Of a stretch of DNA of 54,852 bases, positions 25,494-38,966 are shown in pieces. Below the pieces are notes generated by a model. It was given only the letters and a program-made list of their open reading frames with translations. It had not been told where the DNA came from and searched no databases. The stretch covers positions 1 through 54,852 of the forward strand of contig NMRA01001101.1 in NCBI GenBank assembly GCA_002633005.1, written 5' to 3'. Both the position numbers and the translations under genes were made by a program. The DNA is from Phoronis australis. Taxonomy: Eukaryota > Animalia > Phoronida. How positions within the stretch are numbered: the first letter of the stretch is position 1; the number at the start of each line of letters is the position of its first letter.

Positions 25494-26344
25494 GGTGGCA
25501 ACAAGGCATTATACTGATCTGATATCATCTTTGTACATCATTGCTTTTGATGTAGATTTCAGAATATGAAGCGGTTCATCCAATCGGAAGCTGGAGTGAC
25601 TTATAGCGACGTGTTGGTTGCAGTAAACCGATTAACTCCTTTTTAAGGCTATATAGGACCGTAGAAAAATGTTCATTGGCCCGGGTATCTCAGTCATTTG
25701 TGAATGAGTTACGGTGTTATATACAAAGTGAATGACGGACCAGCATGATCTCATATTGGGCGTTTTCAATAATCCCATGCATGGCAATTACTATAACGGA
25801 GGAGTTGCAACGCCGCCATATTGGAAATGGGTCAGAATGTTGCATTGTGGTTAAGCCGGTAAACAAGTACGTCGGCAAGCGTGGGGGCGAACCGGCCACA
25901 GGGAGGTTATACGTGTTGTGTGCCTGGCATGCTATAATACCAGTTAGCGAAATAAAAAATTTAGTTACTACCTGTTTCCCAAGGATCAAGAACTGCGTTA
26001 AACATGGGTCAGAGACATCGGTAGAGCTGGTAGCAAAGGCCGACTTCGTGAATTCTTTCCGACTTCGTAGCATAAAGTGTGCAGCGCTCATTTTGAGGGC
26101 GGCAAGAAAACGTATCTTAGAAACTGCCCAACAATATCTCCCTTCAAAGAAACAGTAACAAATACTCCACGGCGGTTGGTAGTGAAAAAAAAACTTGTTT
26201 TCGCTTGACCAGAACCAAGCCAACATGAGCAATTTTGAGGATAATGCCTCTGCACAATCACCTGTTCTGGGTCGACTCACTTAACGTATGCACACTATAT
26301 GCATTACGCGCTAAGATAAAGCGTGCAGATTATTATTATTTACT

Positions 26345-27608
26345 TTCTACAAAATTGTGGTACATTGCTATCAAAATTCGTTGTTAAATTACGATCATTT
26401 TTCATAAAATTTTGTTGAAGTTCCAGGGCGAAATCTTGCCGACAAATGCGTAGCTGCTGGTCTCGCAATCGTCGATAGGGCTTGAATTCTTAAATAAGAA
26501 TACAGCTTTGACTCAACAAATTACCTGAAATCCTCCTCAAGTTTTCCAAATAGCGTCTCTAAGATTTTTAAGTTCTTGTGAAGTCTGGATTAACTGCAGA
26601 TTAAGTCCAAATCTACGCTAGATTGTAGCACGCAACCCGAGAAAAATCTCTGTGGGAACACATGTTGTTGTCACGTGACGTTTGTTTTGAAGTTTGTATG
26701 CGTGTGTGTGAGAGTAAGCGTGCGTGTGCTTGTCAGAGTTCATTTGCCAGAGTAATGTAATGATCTAGGTGTGCATTGTATCCAAAAAAAAAAAAAAAGT
26801 CAAGCAGTCAAGCAGAGCGTGTTTTAATATTTACGGCTTAGCACTTGCTGGCCTCATCTGCTAAAAACGTTCGAGAATTTTTTCGGTAAGACCGACATGT
26901 CACTCATTGAGTCGCCGGGTGAGTGGATGCGTGACCGTAGTGTAACAGCTATTTCCCGGAAGATTTGGGGTGTAAGGGTGCGAAGTGGGTCATTTTGACC
27001 TTAAAAACACCAATTATGATTAGTTAAATAATTTCTCTTAAAAATAATGCAGAAGCTTTTTACGGTATTGGAAACTTTCGGAAATTAGTGCCAATATTTA
27101 TTTGCCGATGCTATGTTACCCGATTAATCTTCGATGACAGTCGGTACATTATGCAGCGCGCGCTTCTTGGTCGCGTGCTAACACTGGTCGAGTTTTTTTT
27201 TTTAGTCTTCGATTCACGGTTTTCACATGCACAAAGAAGTTTGAGGCCGGAGAAGATCTGTACTGGAAAGAAACAATGCAATCCCGCTCTTTGACAAGTA
27301 CGCTGTGTCTGTTTTCAAAGTCCAGACCCGCGTAGTGGGGCACATCCCTCGCAAGAGCAGCAAAACTTCTGCGTTCTTTTTGAATCGCGGCGTAAGTTTG
27401 AAGTGTATACGGACATAACGGTGAGGCTCGTGGTCCGTTACAAATTCAGGCTGTCGGATCTTTCAATTGATAAATTGGAGACGTTAGAACTGTAGGTAAG
27501 GGCATTTTTCGCATGTAGTTCATGGGCTGGGCGCTTACTTTAGCAAAGTCTGAAAACGCGTTGGGGCACTTGTTGAGCCATGGGCGCTAATTAGGGCGAA
27601 TAGCGGCA
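26345..27608 (+). mobile_element. Second copy of the CCGTA-type element with HIRAN-like relic
   Basis: Collinear with 17020-17970; right end TGGGCGCTAATTAGGGCGAATAGCGG complements the left TIR of copy 1; non-matching segment ~26760-27200. Confidence 0.6.
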
Positions 27609-28502
27609 GAATTACATACAGCAGCGTAGTTTAATGCACACAAATTACACGTCGTGCAAACCAGTCCGTCATCCCGTTTACCATCAACAATCCCAGTAGC
27701 CTTTGCGCACCCTAATTTCCGGACATGCGCAATCGTTAAATCGATTCGGTTGCAACTCCGCTATTGTTCACATGGTATACTATCCTACGGGCCGTCATTC
27801 ATTTCCTCAATGACATTAAGGCCTTCGTGGCCAACTGATCGCAGTATAAAATTCTGATGGTGGTTTGAGCTTATTGTCTGAGTCACTATCTAACCCATCG
27901 TATTCATTGTAATCTATCATGTCAAGGTATGCTAAGTTTAGTGTATGATGCATTTCCACACAACACTTCAAAAAACCGCAAAATACTTCGAATCCATCCC
28001 AAAGCGGAAACTTGTCATTGTTTATTTAATAGAAAGCTATTTACCAAATCCAATAAAATCCGTCGAGGAACTTAAAAGTAAAAGGGGAAAACAAAAAAAT
28101 GAAATTGCCACCAGGGGGCACAGATTCATTGGAAAGTCGTCGTCGTCCGCTGTCAACTTCACATAAATACACTTACTAAAATTAATCAAGATCCTGCAGT
28201 GGGCTTAGGAGATACATCTATGGGCGCAAAAGCAAAACTGCCACTAGGAGGTGCCACAGTAGTCGATGTCGTTAGAAAATCATCATTAACCGTCGTCTTC
28301 ACACTAAAAACATATAAGCTAATTTTCAAAATTATGCTTAGAGTGGTTTGGTTGGCAGAGGGGCAGACGTCAAAAACAGACTAGGAAACAATAAAAATGA
28401 CCCTTAAATGGCGTAAAATATGTCAACTCATCAAAAAAACGCCGTTTCTGTAATAGAAAGCTGTTTACCAAATTTCAGAAATATCCATCAGGGAACTTCA
28501 GA

Positions 28503-30687
28503 CCCAGTAAACATGCAGGTACTGGGCCAATACTGGCCCTGAAATGTCTTCTGTATTGGCCCAATGATGTAGGACAGTACTGGCCCAATAACATTCTGCA
28601 CACCTTCCCCGTATTGGCCCCGATACAAGATTGCGGTATCGAGCCAGTAAAGGACCAGTACCACGCCATTACTGGGCCAGTACACCAATAACCGGTTTCG
28701 ACCCTGTAAAGGGCCAGTATTGACAGATTGTGTTGGCCCAGTACAGGGCCATTGATGGGCTCCTATTAAGCCAGTACACTAGCTGTGACTTACAAGAAGA
28801 AAAGACTCTTGTTCTTTAATACTTTTATTACTATGAAACTGCTCAGGTAAAATACTTACAAAAAATTATGAATTATACAAATAACAACTAAGAAACTAAT
28901 TATTTTTAACAAAACTGTCTNCCCACAGCACAGTTTCGGAGGTCGAATTCAAACTTAAGAAAAGCAACTTTGCATGGGAGAAACTGGCTACAGAAGCAAA
29001 TTTTCAAGTTCACTTCATCCCTAGATCAGCTATGTAAACTCTGAACTTAACTAATTTTATGGAGAAATCCTTAAAAAGAGTTACGCAAATAAGCAAAAAA
29101 TTCAATCAAAGAGGAACTTGCCCCCCCGCAATGTTCTCAATTTTCTATACTACCAGGTGTTTCATGAAAACTGATGTTCAAGAGCTACTTTCAATTGCTT
29201 AGCCAGAATCATCCTTTGTTATCATACTTTAAAAAAGTCAAATAGCGTCATGCTGGCGTGAAACTGGCAAATATCAACCAGACACTTGAGTTTATCTGTT
29301 CCTCGATCACCAATGAGGTCACTCACTGGGCTACATATTAAAACGTAAAGGTTGGACTTTAAAAATTGGTTTGCTCAGTATTTTCTACTCAAATGTGCAT
29401 GGAACTAAACGAAATCAACAACAAACAATTTTTTGAATACCTTCTTTCACTTTATCATATTAAAACTGCCTTCGAGAGGCGATTTACAAACAAAAATGTT
29501 ACGGCCCATCAAGGTTATTTTTTGACGTTCATGGCAGATCACTGTCGTACAAATCCGGATTTTTCATAAACATTGCGAAGCAATTCCGAAGCTCTTGTTT
29601 TAGTCCGCCCACGAATGCTAGTTGAGTGTCGCTTACATAATTTAATTTCGCTTTGAATGTATTTAAACTCTGGGTTTATAAAATGACCTTGTTTAAAACC
29701 AAAAAATCCCTAACTCAGTATGTTACCACGTCTGCCAGACACAACATTTTGAAAAAGACATACTTTTTATCATCAGGGGCACCCAAAGGACACTGGTTCA
29801 AATGTGGTCAGGAATACCTGAGGAGGTTGTCGATGTGTTTAATTCCTTCCAACTCGAACATATACTCCCGTTATAAAACTTTTTCTTCGAGCACGATTTT
29901 GGGAACTGAAATAGGAACTGCTCGAAGAAAAAGTTTCATAACGGGAGTATTTGTTCGAGTTGGAAGGAATTAAACACTTCGACAACCTCCTCAGGTATTC
30001 CTCTATGCGCAAAAGGTATTTATAACAACGTGACTTTAATGGTTTAGTCGGTGCGAGGCATAATTCGCCGAAAAGCTTCCGGCGTACAGAGCGCCTATAG
30101 CCTCTGGTTCGGGCCAACAGAGGCGATGGTCATTGCCTCTAAGAACGTCTGTGGTAGTAAATCATGTTTTGTATACTCTTACAGACACTGGCATGGCATG
30201 CAAAGTGAACAAATATGAAACTTACCAGAAATCTGAAGTTCACTGTGAAAATCCTTCACTATTCTGTTACACACGTTGGTTTCAAACTCTAAACAACTCA
30301 AGTGTTCTTCAACGGAAATTTCAAAATGCCGGTTTTTCATGAAGGTCATCTGGTGGAAAGTTTTCTTTAAAAAATAAAATTACACTGTAATACAGCTGCC
30401 GGTAATTAATTTTTATGAAAATTGAAAAGTTTTATTGTCACACATCTGATTTAAAAAAAATCAAAAGTTTTATCCTTCCTGTGGGCAAGCCTCAAACTGC
30501 CCTCTTGTGTTCAAGTCTGTGTTTACCGGTCCAATACCGGCGAGCCGCTAAGGGAAAGTTCACTGGGTTAGTGTCGTGGGGACGGTACTGGGCCATTCGT
30601 GGCCCAGAAACGTAAACCGGTATACGGTACAAGCGTTATCAAGCAACAGAAATCCAGTACTGGGCCAATACTGTCATGTTTACTGGG
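28503..30687. mobile_element. Non-autonomous CMC/EnSpm-like element
   Basis: Perfect TIR CCCAGTAAACATG / CATGTTTACTGGG; 3-bp TSD AGA (28500-28502, 30688-30690); many subterminal TACTGGSCC/GGCCARTA motifs in both orientations. Confidence 0.8.
29810..30002. repeat. Near-perfect inverted repeat, 84-bp arms and 25-bp loop (fold-back MITE-like)
   Basis: 29810-29893 is the reverse complement of 29919-30002 with about three mismatches. Confidence 0.95.
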
Positions 30688-31239
30688 AGAGAAACAGGGG
30701 AAAACGGAAAAAATGAAATTGCCACTAGGGGGCACATCGTTTGTTGGATCCGTCTGAAAGTCGTCGTCGTCCGCTGTCAACTTCATATAAATACACTTGC
30801 TAAATTTAATATAGATCTTGCAATGGGTTTAGTAGAAACAGTCATGGGCGCTACAAAAAAATCTGCCACTAGGAGGAGCCAAAGTAGTCAAAGTCATCGG
30901 AAGGCTATTATCAACCGTTCTCTTCACTCTGAAAGCGTATATTTCAATTTTCATAATCATTCTATGGACAGTTTGTTTGATAGAGGGGCAGACTCGAAAA
31001 CAGTAAAAATGGCCACTGGGTGGAACAAAATATCTCAAATACATCCGAAAATGGGAGGATAACGCCATCTCCCTAATAGATGGTTATGTGCCAAATTTCA
31101 TCAAAATCCGTTGAGACTGAGCTTTGAAGATACAGAGGTAAATGTATAAAACTAGGATTGCCACTAGGGTGCACACCAGTTGTTGGATCCATCCGAAATA
31201 TGTCGTCACCTGTTACATGTGCTCATAAAAACCCGTGTT

Positions 31240-31670
31240 CCATTCAGAAACTGATGAGGTACACAGGCTGAATACGGCTGACCGACAAGTCAGAGATGAC
31301 TGCATGACAAATTAACCCCCAACAAATCAGTAGATCCCACAGACTCGGGCCCAAACTACGTAGACATGGAGCTAGAGATTCGCGAAAAGATCGCCCTATC
31401 ATCTGTAAGTTTGTGTCATATAATACCAGAGCTGCTTTCCTTCACAATAGAAGTCTACTCCGCAAACTGAACTTACCATCCCCGATCTACATCAATGAAA
31501 ATCTCACGAAACAACGGTCCCTTCTCTACGCCCGCTGTCGCCGCCTTATACAATCAAAGACCATCGCTAAAACGTGGACGCATGACGGTAACGTAACAAT
31601 ACAGCTGCATGATAACAGGATAAAGCAGGTTTCCTCAGAAAGTCACCTTCTAGTGTTCGGAAAACTGTGA
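31240..31670 (+). pseudogene. LINE ORF1 C-terminal remnant
   Basis: PIYINENLTKQRSLLYARCRRL...KTWTHDGNV matches the typical CR1-type ORF1 C-terminal pattern. Confidence 0.8.
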
Positions 31671-33252
31671 AGTTTAAATTGTATCCTGCTCTCTCGTCTT
31701 ATTGTAGTTCATATCCAATTACTCACTGGTGACATCCCTTACTTTGTTTGCGTTCACTCACCCCACCCCCCATGTCTTGACAGGATCAGGTAATTGTCCT
31801 GTCCACTGATACTTATTCAGTTTTCTCCCTTATGTAATACCAGATCACGCTCAAGTTACCTCTCTGTCAGTGGCGGTGCACTCTATACAGGTCCGTAGCG
31901 ATCACAACACCTTATACTGACCACAGGCAATGTTAATGCATCGAATTCTTAATCTGCATGTTTGGAGCATGGGTTTTGTTGCTTATTGCCTCTTACAGTT
32001 TCCAAGTTGCACCCTTACCAAAAATGTAGTATAGTATCTTTGCAACTGCCTACAGTATGCATTAAGGTGGTATTTTTGGTTGTCGTTAAAACATGTTTCC
32101 CACATTTTTATTGAATGTGTGACGGAATTCTACATTGCATGATATTCACATAAGACAATGATTCTTGTATGTGAGCTCGGGCCTTAGTGGCTGTCCCTTA
32201 TATAATTATTATTTCTTTCTGACTTTTGTGTTTCTCAGAACGTTAATTTTGTGGACAACTCCATAACAATTTGTCTGTCAGGATAAAGTTACACGTCACT
32301 GATTTTGTGTGGCATTTCTGTTCGATCATGTTATTGACACCTCTCACTATAATATTGATTTTAATTTCTAGGCACTTGTTCTGTTCTCTGTCAGTCAGGT
32401 GCAGAATCTACAACTACTACATGTGATTTTTGTTGTGGGTTCCAGAATGATTCCCCATATCATTAATTAGTTATCACTGTTTTAGCTTGCCCCTGAAAAA
32501 GTCACGTTGAGCACTGTCTGTCACCATAATTTAGTTTATAATGAGATTCAAGATGAAATAATCCCTGTGAAAACTGGTGTTTCAATCTGTGAGAAAGTTT
32601 GCTTCAATTCAGAAGACACCACCGAACACATGAGCTGATCAGTCATTAATGGGTGGCCTATAGTGGTAAGAACTCATAGCCTTTTATCAATTCTAAAACG
32701 TGTTACAATTAAGTTATCCATAGTGAGAGATCTTCAATACATCTTTTCGTGTGTTCTTCAGAGTGTTCAAACTCTTATTTTTCACCTTCTTTTGTCCGTT
32801 ACTATTTGGTCATATTTCCTCTGTACATATCTTTAGGTCAACCATTATCTATGTGTTTTGTATTCACTTCCAACAGAACTAACTGGTTTCCCAAGATTGA
32901 ATTTATATGTTGTGCTTTTCAACTAAGTTGCTATTTATGTACCTGTAAGCGAGCCTATGATATAATTTTGTTTTTTAAAAATGACTCCCCTAATTGTCCA
33001 GACTACCTTATTCATTTAACAACCCTTGAATTTTCAACAAGCATTGGTGTATTAATTGTTAAATACGGCTATCCTTTGAGGGCCTGGAGTAGTGTGAGTT
33101 TCTCTGGTCTTACAATGTTTTCCCCCTCACGGTCAAAGTTCAATTCCTCTCACCGGCATCGAATGAGATATCATGCTATGCGGGTTCAGCTTACTGATGT
33201 GTCTTACTATTGTTTACATAACACCTGTATGGATTACGGAATCGTCATTGGC

Positions 33253-36200
33253 ATGTGCCTCCTTTTAGCTGGCGATGCTGAACAAAATCCTGGGCCTGAA
33301 GACAATACTACCTTTAAAATCTTATTTTCAAATATTAACAGCATTAAATCCAACAATTTCTCCAGATTCCAACTTTTAAAAAACTTTGTTCTGTCTTACG
33401 ATTATATGATTGTCGCTCTTTGTGAAACTTGTAATGTTACCAAAGACGACCTTGATAATGAACTAATTATTCCTGGTTACAGTGTAGCGTATCACAGAAA
33501 CAGTGGCCGTGGTATCATCTTATTCACTAAAACACACTCTCATTTAAATTATGTCCTATCTTAACTTGTCCTCAGTTATGCAATTTCGATCACAGAAAAA
33601 TTTACGCTGGGTTGTTTTATCGCTCACCTTCTCAATCTCCTACTGAAAGAAAACTCTACTCCAAAGCCCTAGCCGATCAGTTAGCGGAACTTAACCGCAA
33701 TAGCGTTAGTATAATCATAAATGGTGATTTCAATGCCCGAAACTCTACATGGTACAATGATGATCATGACAATACGGCCGGACTACAATTGTTTGATATT
33801 TTATTGTCTAATGACTGCATACAACTAATTAATGAGCCAACCCGTATCACCGACGTTTCTCATTCATGTATTGACCTGTGTATAACAAACAATTTGAGTA
33901 TCATTGACTCATGTTCTGTACTACCTCCTGTTGGCAATTCTGATCACCACACTATCGAAACCACTCTAACACTTAAAAAACCGGTTAAAGAGCAACACAC
34001 CACTCGAACCAACTGGAAATATGATCAGGTCGACACCGATAAACTGCGTCAGGATATCACCAACACTGACTGGGATTCCATATTGAACACTGGCGACATT
34101 GATGACACTGTTTCACTCTTCACTAGTACTCTCTATGAAATCTTAAAAAACAACATCCCATCAACTGAAAAGATAATTAAACACAACAGCAAACCGTGGT
34201 TCAACAGTAATGTTAAACGGGCAATCCGCACAAGAAACAGACTTTACAGCTCTTTCAGAAGATCTAACAACACTATAATCTACAACAGATACAAGGAGCA
34301 GTTACGTCTGGTTGAAACTTTAGTAAATCAAGCCAAAGCTGATCACCGACACAAGCATTTTCAACAAATTAACAGCGCAAGCAAGAATTCCAAAGAATAC
34401 TGGAACATCATCAATAAAATACGCGGCAGTCAACAGCAATCCTCCTATCCTGTCATCAAGTATAATGGTAACCTAGCCTCACGTAGTAGTGACAAGTGTG
34501 ATTTGTTTCTCAAATTTTTCACGAACAAAAGCCACCTTACACCAACTGAAGTAAGTAACTTTCCCTTTCTTCGTGAACGTTGTCTCAATCAACTGTCTGA
34601 CATCCCGGCTAATCAAACTGATGTCCGGAAGTATCTCAATGAAATGGACCCCAATAAGAATGATGGCACAGCTTTAATAAACAGCAAGATGATCAACGAA
34701 ATTACCATGCCCCTGACCAATCTGTTTAACAAACTTCTTCAGCTAGGCATTTATCCGTCTTCTTGGAAACATGGAATTATGGTCCCTATACACATAAAAG
34801 GCTCCAAAACTGAAATTTCAAGTTATCGCCCAATAACATTACTTAACACCCTGTCCAAAATCTTTGAGAAGATCATTGATCAAAGTATTCTTACATTTCT
34901 CAAACAAAGCTTGATTTATCACCGTCAATTTGGTTTTTTTGCGTGGGAACAGCACTTGGCACAGCTTGTTGAAATAGTACATGAGATTCATTTACATTTT
35001 GAGAAGGGCGAGAGTGTCAGGTCCATTTTTTAGATATAGCTTCTGCTTTCGATTGTGTCCCTCACGACCTTTTACTTCACAAACTTTGATCCTATGGCAT
35101 TACTGGTAATCTTTTAAACATGATCACCTCATATCTCTCCGAAAGAACATACAGTGTTCGTGTCGACGGCGTACTTTCAACTTTATCCCCTCCTGGATTT
35201 GTAAACGCAGGTGTACCGCAGGGTAGCGTATTGGGCCCTCTTCTCTTCCTGGTTTATATTAATGACCGGCTTCCTGATAACCTGTTTTGTAGCACATACC
35301 TTTATGCAGATGACACGGCGCTTTTTTACCCCTTCGCAGGGAGCAGCCCTGAATGTTCTTTGCAGCTTCAACACGACTTGAATAAACTAAGCTATTGGTC
35401 ACAAGAATGGAGAATGAATTTTAAACCAGAAAAAAGCGTTGACTGCACCTTCTCCAAATCTATTAATGCTCCCTTAAACTTAATGATGAAATCATTCCTA
35501 GAAAACAGTCGCACAGACATCTGGGTATACTGTTAGATGAAAAACTGTCATTCACCCCTCACGTTCGGGAGCTCGTACAGAAAACTCAGGAACTAATTAA
35601 CCCACTTAAGCTTGTCTCTTGTCATCTGAATTCTACACATGTACTTCCACACATTGATCATTGTGATATTATATATCAGTCTGCCAATACGGGTGCACTC
35701 CAACATTTGGAGAAGTTACAATATCAAGCCGCCTTACTCATAACCGGAGTTTACAGAGGATCCAATTGTGTTAAGGTTTTGAATAGTCTCAAGTGGCCCA
35801 AACTGTCTACTCGACGCAATCTTCACATGACCACATTTACTTTCAAGGTAATAAACAATGTAGACAACGTGTCTGTCAAAAAATATTTGATCTATATACT
35901 AGACAATGCCATCGTAGTGATTTGAGATCCTCCACCCCATATGCAATTCCTCCGTCGTTCAGTCAGGCATTCAGAAGGTCTACAGTCATGATGTGCATCA
36001 ACAACTGGAATTCTCTTCCAGTTTCTGTTTAGGAAAGCAACTCTTTTACGAGTATAAAAATAATTTTAGAACTGTTTTTCATAATTTTGATAACTCAACA
36101 CCCTTGACTCAATTCTCCCTTACCCGCGATAACGAAATAGCATTGTACAGATCAAGATGTGGCCTTTCCTCAACTCTGATAAGTTCAGGCACAACTTTAG

Positions 36201-36474
36201 CAATGTCTCTCCAAACTGTAAATGTGGTGACCATCAATCTTATCCTCATATTTTCTTCAAATGTCCGCTCATCGAATCCCTGAGAGACTCACTCTTTCGT
36301 GCACTCAATGATAACCAATCAATTGTTAACGCTCTCAATTCTTGTAATAATATCCCTACTAGAGTTACATTATTACTGAAAGGTAGTCCTAACCTTGACT
36401 TCTTTCTCAACGAATTCCTCCTAAGCAACGTTAGCAAATTTTTATGTACCGCTTATCAATATTGTTGCATCTGA
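33253..36474 (+). pseudogene. LINE ORF2 (2A-like peptide, AP endonuclease, reverse transcriptase, C-terminal Cys/His motif), frameshifted
   Basis: NINSI, ALCET, GDFNA, PTRI, SDH (endonuclease); [25 protein letters not shown] (35303-35314); CKCG...HIFFKCP; split over several ORFs. Confidence 0.93.
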
Positions 36475-38089
36475 TTTCCCTACATGAATCTGTACATATT
36501 TTGTTTTTATATATCTGTAATAGCATATCTAAGTATTGGAATACTTATTTTAGATACTACTTAATTGTATATACCTCTATGTATATCAGTTTCATTTATG
36601 CATTATTTACAACCCAGATATAATGCTTCGCGGTTTCTGGGTTTGTTATTATTTCTTTGTATGTTCTGTGTATCCTTCAATAAATATGTATCACTCTTGT
36701 TACTGCATGGCTAAAAGTACTGAATGAGTGAAAAATTATAATCAATAGTGGGGTATAATCATGATTGGAGCTTCTTTCCGTACTTAGAAAATATTTTGAC
36801 GTAAATATTAGAATACAAATTACTGCAAGTAATCACCTTAGGGATGGTCGCCATCTTTGCTCTGACATATTCTACTAGCTTCAATGGCGACCCGAGCAGA
36901 CTAGTGGAATGGCAAATCTGTTGACGATTTCACCAGCCGTCACAAGTCATATGTACTAAAGATGTGTATAAAGATGGGTCACCTTTTGTACAAGTATGGT
37001 ACACACTTTTCCGTGGTCTTTCAGTATAAACATGGGTCACACCTTTGAACCATTTGAATAAATACGGATCACAATTTTCAGACTTGCAAGGTATAACATG
37101 GTTGCAATTTTCAAAGTCCAGCAGCCCTTCCTAACCCCCTAACCGGATAGGCCTATCAGGTTTGTGCACCTGGGCAGTCAGTAAGTCGAAAGTTGTCAGC
37201 GAGAGGTAATACAATATTCCAAACTGACGTTATTACCTGTTGACCTAGACCAACAATTGTTATAAACATGAAGTAAGTTCATAGCAATTGCTACTGATAT
37301 CTTACTTGCACTGTTTTCAGATGATTTGTTTCCTGATACATTTGACGTTTTTCAATTGCTGTCAACGTGTTTCAGCTTAATGAAGTGATACTCAATTGTT
37401 TATTGTCGCTTTTAATAATAGACTATGATATGAGCTAAGAGCACCATTGTTCACCACATGTTTACTTCCGGACAAACAGTACAGGTCTTCGTTCTTAAAC
37501 AACTTGAGGCTGCCGTTACGCGATCATCTGATATTCATTTTTTTACGCCGCGTCGGTGGTCCTTATGCTCTTGAATATTTGGTAGTTGTCTAACCCCTAC
37601 ACAACACCACACTTTTTCATAGACGGCTCTTCGTATGCTAAAAAGGTGTGTATAAGCAGAGGTTCCAAAAAAGTTTTGCTGGTGGCGTGACTCATACCCA
37701 GATGTGCACAAATAGGGTTTCACGAAACTTATGAGCCACGTTCATGTGACGAAATCCAGAAGGGTTTTAAATTATCTTAAGGAAAACGCAAGAGACATGT
37801 TAAGTGCCAGAAACTTAGCAGGACGCATGGAAATTTCACTATTTGTCTACAAGAACAAAAAATGGCCTTACACGAAAGGGGGGAACCCCCCTCCCGACAT
37901 CCCCCCTCTCGGCGCCACGCGCCTCGGATTCGACCTTTGCGGGAATTCTAACCCCCTTTACTGAAAACGTAGATCCGCTACTGAGTAACGAAAATTGACC
38001 AAATGTACAAGAAGGAAATTCCCTATTCTTTGCAGTGACAGAAAGTGCTATTGATGAAGTTAAACAGAGTGTTTCAGAAAATTGGGGTC

Positions 38090-38749
38090 TCAAAACTGAA
38101 ACTTAATTTTTCGTGATATTGCATTGTTGATATTAGATCATATATTTTAGGTGATATCTCTGAACTGAAAGAGTAGCCTCAATTCTCTTGTCAGTGAGAG
38201 TAATTCCACATCACAAAAATGCCCAAATTCGAGACCCACGTTTAGCACTAAATATATGAGACAAGTTTTTTAAAAGCAATTATCAAAGATCAGTCTTAGA
38301 AGTGTCTACACAGCGAATTTCAACTTCAAATATATTCCGATATAGCAGGCAGGTTAAGCATCATCTTGCCACTTGTGACTGGCCTGAAAAGTGGTCTCGG
38401 AGTTTTCTCCCCTGCTGGAAATTTAAACGTACCTAAGAGTTTCAAATTTCATTTTCTTACTAACCTTACATGAGTCTTTATGACCATCAATGTCAAACTT
38501 TGTCACCAGTTTTCCAAGTTTGATCTTTTGCCGTTCCAAAAGAGCAGTTTTACTGACATGGAAAAATGCAAAATATGCCTTTTTAGACAAATAGGTCATA
38601 TCTCGGTAACCAAAGGTCATTGAGTGCAAATATTGCAGCGGTGTACTTTGGGCCAGCATCCCAACACATGCAAAAAATATTAGTTCTGTATGAATTTTTG
38701 AGAAAATAGTGATTTTTCATCTTCATATGGTTTTTATATGGAATCAATC
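38090..38749. mobile_element. Solo terminal region related to the Sola3-like end at 10400-10882
   Basis: Ends TGGTTTTTATATGGAATCAATC|TTAA, similar to TGGTTTTTATATGGACTGTCTC|TTAA; upstream TGAGTGCA and CAAAAAAT blocks shared; left boundary approximate. Confidence 0.5.
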
Positions 38750-38966
38750 TTAACTTTTTTCAGATCGTCTGAGTCGGTGCAGGTCATCAGGAGAGTCAAT
38801 GATCGTTTTGACCTCTTTTTCACCGCGCAGAAGATTTTTTCCGCCTACAATCAAGTTATTCACACTTCGTGGTCTCGTTTGATTGTCTGAGGAAGCTTGA
38901 AGTATAGTCTTGTAAGAACATCATTTATGAGCACATACGATTCTGTAGCTGGGTTTTGTTTTGAAC

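Larger units (their letters stand above)
27950..31235 (-). repeat. HINE-like element with internal tandem subunits, interrupted by a CCCAG element
   Basis: 28080-28480 and 30695-31100 are diverged direct copies (GAAATTGCCACYAGGGGGCACA, AAAGTCGTCGTCGTCCGCTGTCAACTTCA). Confidence 0.6.
31240..36690 (+). mobile_element. CR1/L2-group non-LTR retrotransposon, 5'-truncated in ORF1, decayed
   Basis: ORF1 tail, APE endonuclease, RT and 3' UTR in order; terminal stem-loop 36611-36643 and AATAAA 36679-36684. Confidence 0.92.

Noticed and set aside
25717-26280. Overlapping 187-aa and 137-aa ORFs, possibly a pogo transposase tail
   Set aside because: Only a faint resemblance (IIP..T.ELQ, CAWHAI); no convincing catalytic motif.
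28915-28930. Single N at 28921 as another haplotype duplication
   Set aside because: No duplicated flanking sequence detected by eye.
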